A DNA stretch of 64,000 bases from Sumerlaeia bacterium (GTDB lineage Bacteria; Sumerlaeota; Sumerlaeia; SLMS01; JAHLLQ01): NCBI GenBank assembly GCA_040219255.1, contig JAVJSW010000073.1:10621-74620 (forward strand), given 5' to 3'. Shown one piece after another: positions 1-8,341 of the stretch. The position numbers and the translations under genes were made by a program. The stretch's first letter is position 1; each line of letters begins with the position of its first letter. Under the pieces are notes generated by a model. It saw only the letters and a program-made list of their open reading frames with translations. It made no database searches and had not been told where the DNA came from.

Positions 1-1
1 C

Positions 2-412
2 CTGATCGGCACCGCGCGCGGCCATTCCGTCGAGACCGTGGACCGGGTTTCCCGCGAGATTGAGGAGGTCGCCCGCGCCATCGCCGGGGCGCATGGGTGC
101 TCGGTGGCGTGCGAGACAATTTTCGGTGGGCCGCCGCTGCAAAACGACCCGCAGGCCATCGCCGCGCTGACGGCTGCGGGGCGGGCCGTTCTGGGCGAGG
201 AGAATGTCCTGGAAGCGCCGCGCCGCATGGGGGGCGAGGACTTCGCCTTTATCGCGCAGGAGCGGCCGAGCGCGTTCGGTCTGCTGGGCGGAGCACGCCC
301 GGATCGGGAAAATCCGCCGCTCCATCATCCGCGCTTCGATCCGGACGAGGAAGCGCTCTGGCGCGGGGCGGCGATCCTCGCCACGGTGGCGCTGCGGGGT
401 GGCGCCACCTGA
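2..412 (+). CDS. M20 family amidohydrolase, C-terminal part (5' truncated by window edge)
   Basis: Frame is open from base 2; motifs GTARG, MGGEDFAF and PLHHPRFDPDEEAL typical of M20D amidohydrolases. Confidence 0.88.
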   Translation: MIGTARGHSVETVDRVSREIEEVARAIAGAHGCSVACETIFGGPPLQNDPQAIAALTAAGRAVLGEENVLEAPRRMGGEDFAFIAQERPSAFGLLGGARPDRENPPLHHPRFDPDEEALWRGAAILATVALRGGAT

Positions 413-992
413 TCCAAAGTTCCACCGCCGCCAGCGGCACCACCCAACACCCCCACGCCGCCACGCGATAGAGCACCGTGTAATCCCAACCGGCGTACAC
501 CCCGACGTTCAGCGCCAGCCGCAGAGTGACCGCCGCGAAGGTCAGCGCGTAATTGCGCATCATCCACAGCCGGTGTTCGGCGAACCGCCGCCCGCGCGCC
601 GACCGATACGCCCACCATCCGGTCCAGGCCCAGAGGATCGCCAGGACGCTGAGGCCCACCTGAGCCACTGGCCCGCCGAAGGCCATCGCCGCCATGTAGA
701 GGCCGGTGGGGGCTCCGAGGGCGACGGCGAGCATGTAAGTTCTGCCGACGTAGCGATGCACGACCCGCCACCGCCCCCGAAACGTCAGGAAGGCCACCGG
801 CCCCAGCGCCAACGCCGCAATGCCGCAGACAGCGTGCACGAGGATGACGGGCAGGTGGGCGGCGTACTTGGCGCGAAAGAGGGGGTCGAAGACTTCCGTG
901 TCGAACGTGACGAACTGCACCGACGTCCAGGCCGTGCGAACGGCGAGGGCGGCCATGAGGGCGAAAGCGGTGGTGCGGAGGAGGTCTTTCAT
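249..992 (-). CDS. DUF2306-like predicted membrane protein
   Basis: About 5-6 TM segments; HRYVGRTY and HRLWMMRNYALTFAAVTLR motifs; low-complexity C-terminal tail overlaps the convergent amidohydrolase. Confidence 0.8.
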   Translation of the reverse strand: MKDLLRTTAFALMAALAVRTAWTSVQFVTFDTEVFDPLFRAKYAAHLPVILVHAVCGIAALALGPVAFLTFRGRWRVVHRYVGRTYMLAVALGAPTGLYMAAMAFGGPVAQVGLSVLAILWAWTGWWAYRSARGRRFAEHRLWMMRNYALTFAAVTLRLALNVGVYAGWDYTVLYRVAAWGCWVVPLAAVELWIRWRHPAAPPWRGSPPRARALPRPDRSADDGAADFPDPGVLRPADRTRSAAPAR

Positions 993-1002
993 GAGCTTTA
1001 TT

Positions 1003-1034
1003 TTAACGCGAAGGTGCGAAGGTGAGAAGGGGGT
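1003..1034. repeat. Short 8-nt-period repeat element, copy 1
   Basis: TTAAC GCGAAGGT GCGAAGGT GAGAAGGG GGT read directly from sequence. Confidence 0.7.
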
Positions 1035-1570
1035 TACTGATCTTCTGAATGGAGTGGCCTCCGATAATGAAACATATCGCCGACGCTGGTCATGCCGTTC
1101 GTTGGATCGTAGCGATAGCGCTCTACGTCGTCATTACTTTGCATATAATTCAATAAATCCTGGGGTTTGAGTTGCCACGTGTTGTCCGGGCCGATGCTCA
1201 TGATGACGAAGGATTCCTCGGACGCCGCATAAGCGAGGCGGCGGTCGTCTCCCTTCTGAAAGGCATCCGTTCCAATTCCTTCTTCAAGTCCGGCAGGGAG
1301 CCTGTGGGGCGTGGCGGAAGTGTCGGGTGGGGGAAATTGAACTTGCTTCTTGTGGTATTGGTCGAGAAATCCCGCCGTGGCTCGTAGCGAATGTGTGACG
1401 TCCTTCCGCCTGTTGTAGGCGATGTTCTCCGGAATTCGGGAGACTTGCATCAACAAAAAGACCAATGCGATAAACAAAAGGACGCCAAAGGTTGACCATC
1501 GCTCGCGCTTGCGGCTCGGCTTGGCGGGATAGCTTTTGAGGATGTCGTTCATTTCCGGGAGCTGTGGCAT
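1034..1570 (-). CDS. Pilin/GspG-like protein with YDPTNG C-terminal motif (paralogue 1)
   Basis: One N-terminal TM; LDQY...FPP, SIGPD and RYDPTNGMTSVGD motifs shared with the two upstream genes. Confidence 0.7.
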   Translation of the reverse strand: MPQLPEMNDILKSYPAKPSRKRERWSTFGVLLFIALVFLLMQVSRIPENIAYNRRKDVTHSLRATAGFLDQYHKKQVQFPPPDTSATPHRLPAGLEEGIGTDAFQKGDDRRLAYAASEESFVIMSIGPDNTWQLKPQDLLNYMQSNDDVERYRYDPTNGMTSVGDMFHYRRPLHSEDQ

Positions 1571-1589
1571 TTAAGGCTGTCTTTTTAAA

Positions 1590-1709
1590 TTAACGCAAAG
1601 GTGCAAAGAGGCAAAGGTGCAAAGGGGGTGGTGATGTTTTGGCAAGGGTGGTGTAAAACAATTATTAATCCCTCCGTGTAACCTCTGTCCTCTGTGCCCT
1701 CTCTGGTTA
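1590..1709. repeat. Short-period repeat element, copy 2, with opposite-orientation arm
   Basis: TTAAC GCAAAGGT GCAAAGAG GCAAAGGT GCAAAGGG GGT at 1590-1629; CCTCTGTCCTCTGTGCCCTCTCTGGTT at about 1682-1708. Confidence 0.7.
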
Positions 1710-1710
1710 T

Positions 1711-2229
1711 TTATTCCAGCCGCTCCCCGCCACCCACAAACACATAGTCCCCGAGGCTGAAAAGTCCGTTCGTTGGATCGTAGCGTACATCGGCCGCCCT
1801 TGGCAGATCGCTCTCCAGCTTTTCGATGCCCAGACCAAGCCATTCGTCGGCGCGCACTTCGTATTCGCCGTTGGGGCCTTGGGCGTGGAGGACGTAGCGC
1901 TGGCCGTCGGTGAAGTAGGCGATGGGCAGGCGGTCGAGGTAGGAACTGGTGTCGATGGGCAGTTCGTCCATAACGCCTGGCGGGAGCTTATAGATGTAGG
2001 TGCCTTGCGGGGAAATGATTTCGCCGGGGGGGTAAAACCCATGGTCGGCGTGATAGTTCTCCAGGGCATTGGCCATGGCAGCCATGCCGGTTTCAATGGC
2101 GTCGCGGCTGGAGCGGGCGCCTTCGGCGGGGGAGAGGAGGACGAGGTAGCCGAAGGCCCCTGCAAAGCCGGCGAGAACGGCGGCTCCGGCAGCGATTTCG
2201 GCCCAGGCGGCGGGGGAGCGGCGGGTCAT
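1711..2229 (-). CDS. Pilin/GspG-like protein with YDPTNG motif (paralogue 2)
   Basis: N-terminal TM; ALENYHADHGFYPP, YFTDG, QGPNG and RYDPTNGLFSLGD motifs; 4-nt overlap with upstream gene. Confidence 0.72.
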   Translation of the reverse strand: MTRRSPAAWAEIAAGAAVLAGFAGAFGYLVLLSPAEGARSSRDAIETGMAAMANALENYHADHGFYPPGEIISPQGTYIYKLPPGVMDELPIDTSSYLDRLPIAYFTDGQRYVLHAQGPNGEYEVRADEWLGLGIEKLESDLPRAADVRYDPTNGLFSLGDYVFVGGGERLE

Positions 2230-2846
2230 GGCTGGGGGGCCTTGGGTTGCGGACCCCAGTGGATCAGGTCGCCGGGGCTGATAATCCCATTGGTGGGGTC
2301 GTAAGATCGGTTCAGATTTTCCGGTCGCCGAAAGGGCACACGAAGACTTGAAATACCCGGCTGAAAGTCCGCTGCCGAAAGCTCATCGAGGGCGGCCGCC
2401 AGATCCATCTCATACCGCTCGTCGGGCCCGGGTGAACTGAGCACCCAGTGCGCGCCATCGGTGGCGTAGAGCATCGGGTAATCGCCGCCGGGTGAGAAGG
2501 GATCGCGCGGCACGCCGTATTGCTCGCTTCCGGGCGGCAAGACAAGGGGGCTGGCAAACTCGGCGGTCGTGGCGCCCGCGTCGGCAAGCAATTTGAGGCT
2601 CAGGCTGGTGTCCGCTGCCGCCTGGATAGGAGGATAGACGCCGTGGATCTCGCGATAGCCTTCGAGCCACGTACCCATGGCGCGGGCGTCGGCGCGAAAG
2701 CGCGAGACTTTGGAGCGCGGCACGGCATCCTGTCCTCGCAGAAGGAAGCTGGGAGCGACGACGATCGCGACCACCGCAAGCACAAGAAAGACGACAATCC
2801 CCTCGATCAAGGTCAGGGCGCGGGCGGTTTTTCGAAGACGGCGCAT
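2226..2846 (-). CDS. Prepilin-like (type II secretion G-like) protein with YDPTNG motif (paralogue 3)
   Basis: Basic leader then ARA|LTLIEGIVVFLVLAVVAIVVAP (class III signal-like, Glu at +5); LEGY...GVYPP, DPF, SPGPD and SYDPTNGIISPGD motifs. Confidence 0.78.
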   Translation of the reverse strand: MRRLRKTARALTLIEGIVVFLVLAVVAIVVAPSFLLRGQDAVPRSKVSRFRADARAMGTWLEGYREIHGVYPPIQAAADTSLSLKLLADAGATTAEFASPLVLPPGSEQYGVPRDPFSPGGDYPMLYATDGAHWVLSSPGPDERYEMDLAAALDELSAADFQPGISSLRVPFRRPENLNRSYDPTNGIISPGDLIHWGPQPKAPQP

Positions 2847-2899
2847 AATTTGTCTCCCGGGTTCTGCAAAGCATTCTGCCCTTAAGTATGCTGCCGCGT

Positions 2900-2946
2900 C
2901 GAGGTGGTTTCCCGGCGAAATGGACCACCGAGGTGGTTTTCTGGCG
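2900..2946. promoter_or_regulatory. Imperfect direct repeat and palindrome in divergent intergenic region (putative operator)
   Basis: CGAGGTGGTTTCCCGGCG (2900) and CGAGGTGGTTTTCTGGCG (2929); palindrome ACCACC-GA-GGTGGT at 2924-2937. Confidence 0.35.
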
Positions 2947-3081
2947 GCCGACTGATGAATGCTTTACCAGATTGGGAAAGCTTTTTCCTATCATTGGCCT
3001 TGCGAGGAAACAGGCGGCGCTCCCATTTTCCGCGCACTATTTCGCGCGGTTTCGAAACCCGCCGCGCCAGGAGTTCGCCCT

Positions 3082-5139
3082 TTGTCCCGATCCCCGTCCC
3101 GCAGCCTCCTCCGGACTGTGGCGTTGTTTTGCCTGTGGGCGGCGGCGATGGGGGCGAGGCCGCCGGTGGCAGGGGCGCAATCCGGTTCGGCGAGCAAGTC
3201 GCTGGCGCCTGAGGCGAGCGCTGCTCAACCGGTCGAGTACCGAAGCGGCGGCCGCGGGATCCAGGCCTACGTGGCGCTCGACCGGTACGCGGTCGAGACG
3301 ACGGACGCGGACGGTTTGCGGACCTTCGAGGTGCTTTCCCCGGGCACGTCCGGGTCGCTGAAAGCGCTGGAGACGGCGGCTTCCGCACGGCGGAGCAAGC
3401 CGCTGGCGATCATCTACCCCACGGCCCGAGCGGCGCGCGATGGGAAGGGCGGCGTCCTGACGCGCCGCGTGGCGGTGAAGCCAAAGCCGGGGGTGGACGT
3501 GGGGGTGCTTGCGGCGCACCATGGCGCCCGCGTCGCCGGGCCGGTGGAGGCTGTACCAGGCGCCTGGACGCTGGAGCCCGCTTCGGGCGGATTGCTGGCG
3601 CCGCTGGATTTGGTGAATGCGCTGGCCGTGGATCGGGAAGCGGTGGAGTACGCCACGCCGCTCATCGCGCGCCAGCACGCGCCGCGCTTTGTGGCCAACG
3701 ATCCGCTCTTTCCGAATCAATGGTCGCTTCTCAACACCGGCCAGGGCGACGGCGTCGCCGGGGAAGATGCCAGGGTATCGCTGGCCTGGGCCGACGCCGA
3801 TGGCAACGGGGTCGTGGTGGCGATCACCGACGATGGCCTGGAATGGGATCATCCGGACTTGCGGACGCGCTACCGGCCGGATTTGAGCTACGATTTCAAC
3901 AGCAACGACGCGGACCCATCGCCGAAGTCCGAAGATGCCCACGGAACGTCCTGCGCCGGCGTCGCGGCGGCCACGGGGGGCAACGGCCAAGGGATTTCAG
4001 GCGCCGCTCCCTTCGCCGATCTGGCGGGCATTCGCCTCATCGCCGCGCCCACGACAGACGAACAAGACGCCGCCGCCTTTGCCTTTGGCACCACCGATAC
4101 CCTCCGCCAAATCCACATCAAATCCAACAGTTGGGGCCCCGAGGACGACGGGCAGACGCTCAACGGGCCTGAACCCCTGGCGATGGATGCCCTCCTCGGC
4201 GCCATCCGCGAAGGGCGCGGTGGCCGGGGGACGATCTTCATGTGGGCGGCTGGCAACGGGCGAGCTTTCTCCGATTCGATCAACGCCGATGGCTTCGCCT
4301 CGAGCCGCTATACGCTCGCGGTTGGGGCCTCGACGAACCGCGGGGGCGTGGCGAGCTATGGCGAAATGGGCGCCGCCATCGTGGTGAACGCGCCCAGCAG
4401 CGGCGGGTCGCTGGCGATGACGACGACCGACCTGACGGGCCGCGACGGCATCGACCGCACCGATTACCGCAGCAATTTCGGCGGCACGTCGGCGGCCTGT
4501 CCGCTGGCGGCGGGGGTGGTGGCGCTCATGCTCCAGGTCAACCCGGAGCTGACCTGGCGCGATGTGCAGCATCTCCTGATCGTGACCGCCACGCAAAACG
4601 ACCCCGCCAATCCCAGCTGGTTCACCAACGGCGCCGGGCTGCATTTCAGCCACGATTTCGGCTTCGGCCGAATCGACGCCCAGGCGGCGGTGGCGATGGC
4701 GCGCGACTGGCCGGGCCTGCGGCCCGAGGCCGAGCCGCTGATCGAGGTCGAACAGTTGGCCTTCGCCATTCCCGACAACTCGGCCGAAGGGATCACCCGC
4801 CCCGCCAACGTCGAGGCCCCGCCGGGTTTTGTGATCGAGCATGTCGAGGTCGTCGGCGATATCCTCCACACTTTTCGTGGCGATCTGCGGATCGAGCTCA
4901 CATCGCCCCAGGGTACGACCTCCACCCTGATGATCCCGCGCGAGGACGGCGGCAGCAACTACATGGGCTGGACCTTCACCAGCGTCGCCCATTGGGGCGA
5001 GGACCCGGCGGGCGAGTGGCGCCTGCGCATCGCCGACGAACAGGCGATGGACGTGGGAGCGTTACAACGCTGGGAACTCAGGATTTACGGCCGGCGCGAA
5101 CCGGTGCCTCAGAAATCCACCTGGGCGATTCTGGGGTAG
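3082..5139 (+). CDS. Secreted S8 (kexin/furin-like) serine protease with proprotein-convertase P-domain
   Basis: Catalytic motifs ITDDG, HGTSCAG, WAAGNG, GTSAACP; P-domain HTFRGDL...WGEDPAGEWRL; TTG start at 3082 with AGGAG at 3069-3073, followed by a signal peptide. Confidence 0.92.
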   Translation: MSRSPSRSLLRTVALFCLWAAAMGARPPVAGAQSGSASKSLAPEASAAQPVEYRSGGRGIQAYVALDRYAVETTDADGLRTFEVLSPGTSGSLKALETAASARRSKPLAIIYPTARAARDGKGGVLTRRVAVKPKPGVDVGVLAAHHGARVAGPVEAVPGAWTLEPASGGLLAPLDLVNALAVDREAVEYATPLIARQHAPRFVANDPLFPNQWSLLNTGQGDGVAGEDARVSLAWADADGNGVVVAITDDGLEWDHPDLRTRYRPDLSYDFNSNDADPSPKSEDAHGTSCAGVAAATGGNGQGISGAAPFADLAGIRLIAAPTTDEQDAAAFAFGTTDTLRQIHIKSNSWGPEDDGQTLNGPEPLAMDALLGAIREGRGGRGTIFMWAAGNGRAFSDSINADGFASSRYTLAVGASTNRGGVASYGEMGAAIVVNAPSSGGSLAMTTTDLTGRDGIDRTDYRSNFGGTSAACPLAAGVVALMLQVNPELTWRDVQHLLIVTATQNDPANPSWFTNGAGLHFSHDFGFGRIDAQAAVAMARDWPGLRPEAEPLIEVEQLAFAIPDNSAEGITRPANVEAPPGFVIEHVEVVGDILHTFRGDLRIELTSPQGTTSTLMIPREDGGSNYMGWTFTSVAHWGEDPAGEWRLRIADEQAMDVGALQRWELRIYGRREPVPQKSTWAILG

Positions 5140-5720
5140 GCGGCGGGCGTCACCAGGAACCGTCGGGGCCATTCGGCGGCCTTCTTGATGCCGATGCGCG
5201 GGGTGACCTGGATGTCTTCCAGGGGAGCGCGGTGCCCCTTCAGGAGCCGAAGCGGGCTCGCTGGATCGAGCAAATCCGTGCGGTCGAGTTCCATGCCGAA
5301 GGCAAGGGCTTGCGTGAGTTTGCCGGGGCCATCGGTCAGGCCTTTGACAGGCTTGGGCTCGGGCCAGGTGCGGGTCTGCCGCATCGCTTCGATGCCCGCG
5401 ATGGGCCACAGCGCCCGCAGCAGAACGCCCTGGCCGTGGCCTTCCGGGCCGGTGACCACGTTCAAGCAGCGGTGGATTCCGTAATTGATGTGGATGTACG
5501 CCAAGCCAGCGCGGCCGAACATGGCGCCGTTGCGGCGAGTTTCGCCGCGAAAGCAGTGCGACGCCGGGTCGTCTTCAGTATAGGCCTCCGTTTCCACGAC
5601 GATTCCGGCGCGAACGACCCGGTCGTCCGGCGAGACCCGCAACAGAATCGCCCCCAGCAGAGCCGGAGCGGCCTCCATGGCGCCAGCCTCCAAGACTTCC
5701 CGATCGAAAGCCTCTCGCAT
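5109..5720 (-). CDS. mpg: 3-methyladenine DNA glycosylase (MPG/AAG family)
   Basis: IVVETEAY, DPASH, YIHINYGIHRCLNVVT, VLLRAL, GPGKLTQAL and TPRIGI motifs; start 5720 or 5741. Confidence 0.92.
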   Translation of the reverse strand: MREAFDREVLEAGAMEAAPALLGAILLRVSPDDRVVRAGIVVETEAYTEDDPASHCFRGETRRNGAMFGRAGLAYIHINYGIHRCLNVVTGPEGHGQGVLLRALWPIAGIEAMRQTRTWPEPKPVKGLTDGPGKLTQALAFGMELDRTDLLDPASPLRLLKGHRAPLEDIQVTPRIGIKKAAEWPRRFLVTPAAYPRIAQVDF

Positions 5721-5739
5721 GACCCAACCGTCTTCGTCC

Positions 5740-6681
5740 ATGTCCGTTCCTCGGGGAAAGTGGGTCGGCGTGCCCCTTGGGGCCATCGCCATCGTGGCCG
5801 GAGCCATCCTGTGGAGCACCGGCGGCGTCAGCGTCAAATGGCTCCAGGCGGACGCACCGCACGTTTCAGGCCTCGCCGTCAGCAGCGGCCGCGCCATTTT
5901 TACGGCACTATTCTTTCTCGCTCTCGCCCGGGGGCGCATTGGCATGCCGCGCCGGGGCAGGGGCTGGTTTCTGGCGGGGGTGCTGACGTATGCTTATGTG
6001 GTGACGAGCTTCGTGCTCTCGACGCGCCTGACCACCGCCGCGAACGCGATTCTGCTGCAATACACGGCGCCGATTTGGGTCATGCTGGTGGGCTGGCCGC
6101 TGCTGGGCGAGAAGCCCTCGCCGCGCGATGGGCTGGCTCTGTTCCTTGGGGGCATCGGCGTGGTGCTTTGCTGCCAGGAGGGCCTGCGGCTGCCAGGCCA
6201 AGGCGGCTCGGGCTTCAGCCGTCAGGCTCTCGGCGATCTGATGGGCCTCAGCAGTGGCGTGGCGTTCGGACTTTTCTCCGTGGTGCTGCGGTTTCTCAGG
6301 CGCGACGAGGGCGCGGGCGTGCGCCCGGCCACATCGCTGGCGATTCTGTTCTGGGGCAATGCGCTGGCGGCTCTCATCGGCGGACCGGCCCTCGTCGCCG
6401 CGTGGGCCGAATCGCCCCTTCCGGCCGCCGCTGTGGGCGTGCTGATCTGGCTCGGCGTGGGGCAGCTGGGGCTGGGTTATTACCTGTTCCAGCGCGGCCT
6501 TCGCAGCGTCACCGCGCTCCACGCCAACATGCTTTCGCTGATCGAGCCGGTGTTGAACCCGGTCTGGGTGGCCTGGGCGGTGCATGAAATCCCCAGCCGG
6601 GGCACTCTCCTGGGCGGGGCTTTCGTGCTGGGGGCGATGGTGCTCAGCGCGTTGCCGGGTCGTTCGCGGCGACCACGATGA
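5740..6681 (+). CDS. EamA/DMT family transporter
   Basis: About 10 TM; LTTAANAILLQYTAPIWV and LIEPVLNPVWV motifs; start 5719 or 5740. Confidence 0.88.
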   Translation: MSVPRGKWVGVPLGAIAIVAGAILWSTGGVSVKWLQADAPHVSGLAVSSGRAIFTALFFLALARGRIGMPRRGRGWFLAGVLTYAYVVTSFVLSTRLTTAANAILLQYTAPIWVMLVGWPLLGEKPSPRDGLALFLGGIGVVLCCQEGLRLPGQGGSGFSRQALGDLMGLSSGVAFGLFSVVLRFLRRDEGAGVRPATSLAILFWGNALAALIGGPALVAAWAESPLPAAAVGVLIWLGVGQLGLGYYLFQRGLRSVTALHANMLSLIEPVLNPVWVAWAVHEIPSRGTLLGGAFVLGAMVLSALPGRSRRPR

Positions 6682-7345
6682 GACCGAAGAGTTCGGCGGT
6701 GTCTTTCGCGACATAGCCGAAGGCGGAAAGTTCCTGGCGCGAACCCGTGCCCCAGTTCACCCCGACAAACGGCACGCCGGCCCGCCTCGCCGCTTCGGCG
6801 TCGGGCAGGCTGTCGCCCACCATCACCGCGCGCTCGGTACCCGCAGCCTGGCGCAGGCGCTCGATTCCGCCGGGGTCGGGTTTCAGGGGAATTTCCTGGC
6901 TGTTCAATTCGGCCCCGGCGCCCACCACAAAATCCACCAGCGGCGTCAGGCCCGTGCCCTCCGCCACCAGGGTTGTCAGGCCGTGCGCTTTGTTGCTGAG
7001 GACGGCGAGTTGGAAGCCCCAGGACCGCAGCTTCTGGAGAACGACGTCGATGCCGTCGAAGAACCTTGCATGATCGACCGGATGGGCTTCGTAATAGGCG
7101 AAGGTGTCGGCGACGAAGGCCTCGAAGGCGGCGGCGTCACTGTGCTCTGGCGCGCTTGTTGGCAAGGCCCGTTCGCAGAGCTTTCGTAAACCGTTGCCCA
7201 CCATGCCATGGATGGCGTCATGATCGTGCTCCGGATATTCGCGCCGGGCGAGCGCGTGGTTGACGGCGGCACGAATGTCGCCGAAGGCATCGACCAGCGT
7301 TCCATCGAGATCGAAAACAATCAGCGCGTTCGGCGAATCTCTCAC
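6644..7345 (-). CDS. HAD family hydrolase (phosphoglycolate phosphatase-like)
   Basis: FDLDGTLVD, LSNK, KPDP and MVGDS..D motifs; GTG start at 7345. Confidence 0.9.
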   Translation of the reverse strand: MRDSPNALIVFDLDGTLVDAFGDIRAAVNHALARREYPEHDHDAIHGMVGNGLRKLCERALPTSAPEHSDAAAFEAFVADTFAYYEAHPVDHARFFDGIDVVLQKLRSWGFQLAVLSNKAHGLTTLVAEGTGLTPLVDFVVGAGAELNSQEIPLKPDPGGIERLRQAAGTERAVMVGDSLPDAEAARRAGVPFVGVNWGTGSRQELSAFGYVAKDTAELFGLIVVAANDPATR

Positions 7346-7375
7346 GGAAGAACCCCTTTTCCCGCAGTGTCTCAC

Positions 7376-8335
7376 ATGCCCGCCCACCAGATTCCGGACG
7401 AAGCGACGTCACCGGAGCCGTCACCGGCGCCCGCGTCAACGGAGGTTTCCCCCGCCGAGGCGGGATGGCGCAGCCCGGTGCTGACGGCGCGTTTCGTCCT
7501 GAACCCGCTGATCGCGGCGGAAATCCGCCGCTGGCGCGCCCGGCCCTTCAGCTATGGCGGCATGCTGGTGTTCGTGTTCGTCAGCATTTGCCTTCTGCTC
7601 TATAGCCAGCAGATCGGCGGCTGGTTTTCCCGCGTCTTCGGGGCCCGGGGTGGCGGACTTTTCGGGGCCCTGCCGAGCGCCGACAATCTGCGCCAGGCCT
7701 TTGGCGGCGACCTCGGCCGCATCGTCTCCTCGCTCTGGCAACTCATCATCCGCCCCAGCACGCTTCTGCCCGTGATGATGGTCTGGCGGGCGCTGGTCAG
7801 CCTGCGCGAGCCCGGGCTCTACGAGCCCTTCCGGCTCACCTACCTTTCGCCCGCCGAATTTCTCTGGGGCATCGTGGCGGTGCCGTTCTTCATCTCCTCG
7901 CTGATCCTCATCGGCTACACTGGCATCGTCATCGGCCCGCGGATCATCGACAGCTACTACTACTCCATTCCGGGCTCGCAGGGCACGCTCTTCTACACCC
8001 AGATCGTCGCCGGAATCCTGCTCGAGGGGTCCGCCAATGGCGCCCTCATTTCCTTTGTGGCACTGTTCTACGGCATTCGGGGAAAGGCGAGGTTGTCGGC
8101 CTTGATGCCGCTCGTCGTGGCGGTCTTCGTGATTCAGTTGGCCCAGGCGCTCGCCTTCATCCACTGGGACCACATCCAGCAGTTCCTCCGGCTGCCCCGG
8201 TTGCCCTTCGCAGAAATCCCCAAGGACTTCGATCAACGCTGGCGTTATTTACTCATCGGCGCCGTCAAGCTGGTACTGGCCATCGGGCTCTACGGGATCA
8301 CGCTGCAGCGCCTCTCCCATCCGCCGGAGCGATAA
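7376..8335 (+). CDS. Multi-TM protein, ABC-2 permease-like (A)
   Basis: NPLIAAEIRR and EPFRLTYLSPAEFLWG motifs; about 6 TM. Confidence 0.55.
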   Translation: MPAHQIPDEATSPEPSPAPASTEVSPAEAGWRSPVLTARFVLNPLIAAEIRRWRARPFSYGGMLVFVFVSICLLLYSQQIGGWFSRVFGARGGGLFGALPSADNLRQAFGGDLGRIVSSLWQLIIRPSTLLPVMMVWRALVSLREPGLYEPFRLTYLSPAEFLWGIVAVPFFISSLILIGYTGIVIGPRIIDSYYYSIPGSQGTLFYTQIVAGILLEGSANGALISFVALFYGIRGKARLSALMPLVVAVFVIQLAQALAFIHWDHIQQFLRLPRLPFAEIPKDFDQRWRYLLIGAVKLVLAIGLYGITLQRLSHPPER

Positions 8336-8341
8336 CGGGTA

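Noticed and set aside
1590-1709. CRISPR array
   Set aside because: Units are 8 nt with no spacers, and there are no cas genes.
4242-6587. Long alternative-frame ORFs (e.g. 4242-6587, 14471-16267, 26407-27996, 46101-47672, 55582-57453)
   Set aside because: Shadow ORFs expected at high GC; they overlap well-supported genes and have Arg/Pro/Gly-rich or antisense-like composition.
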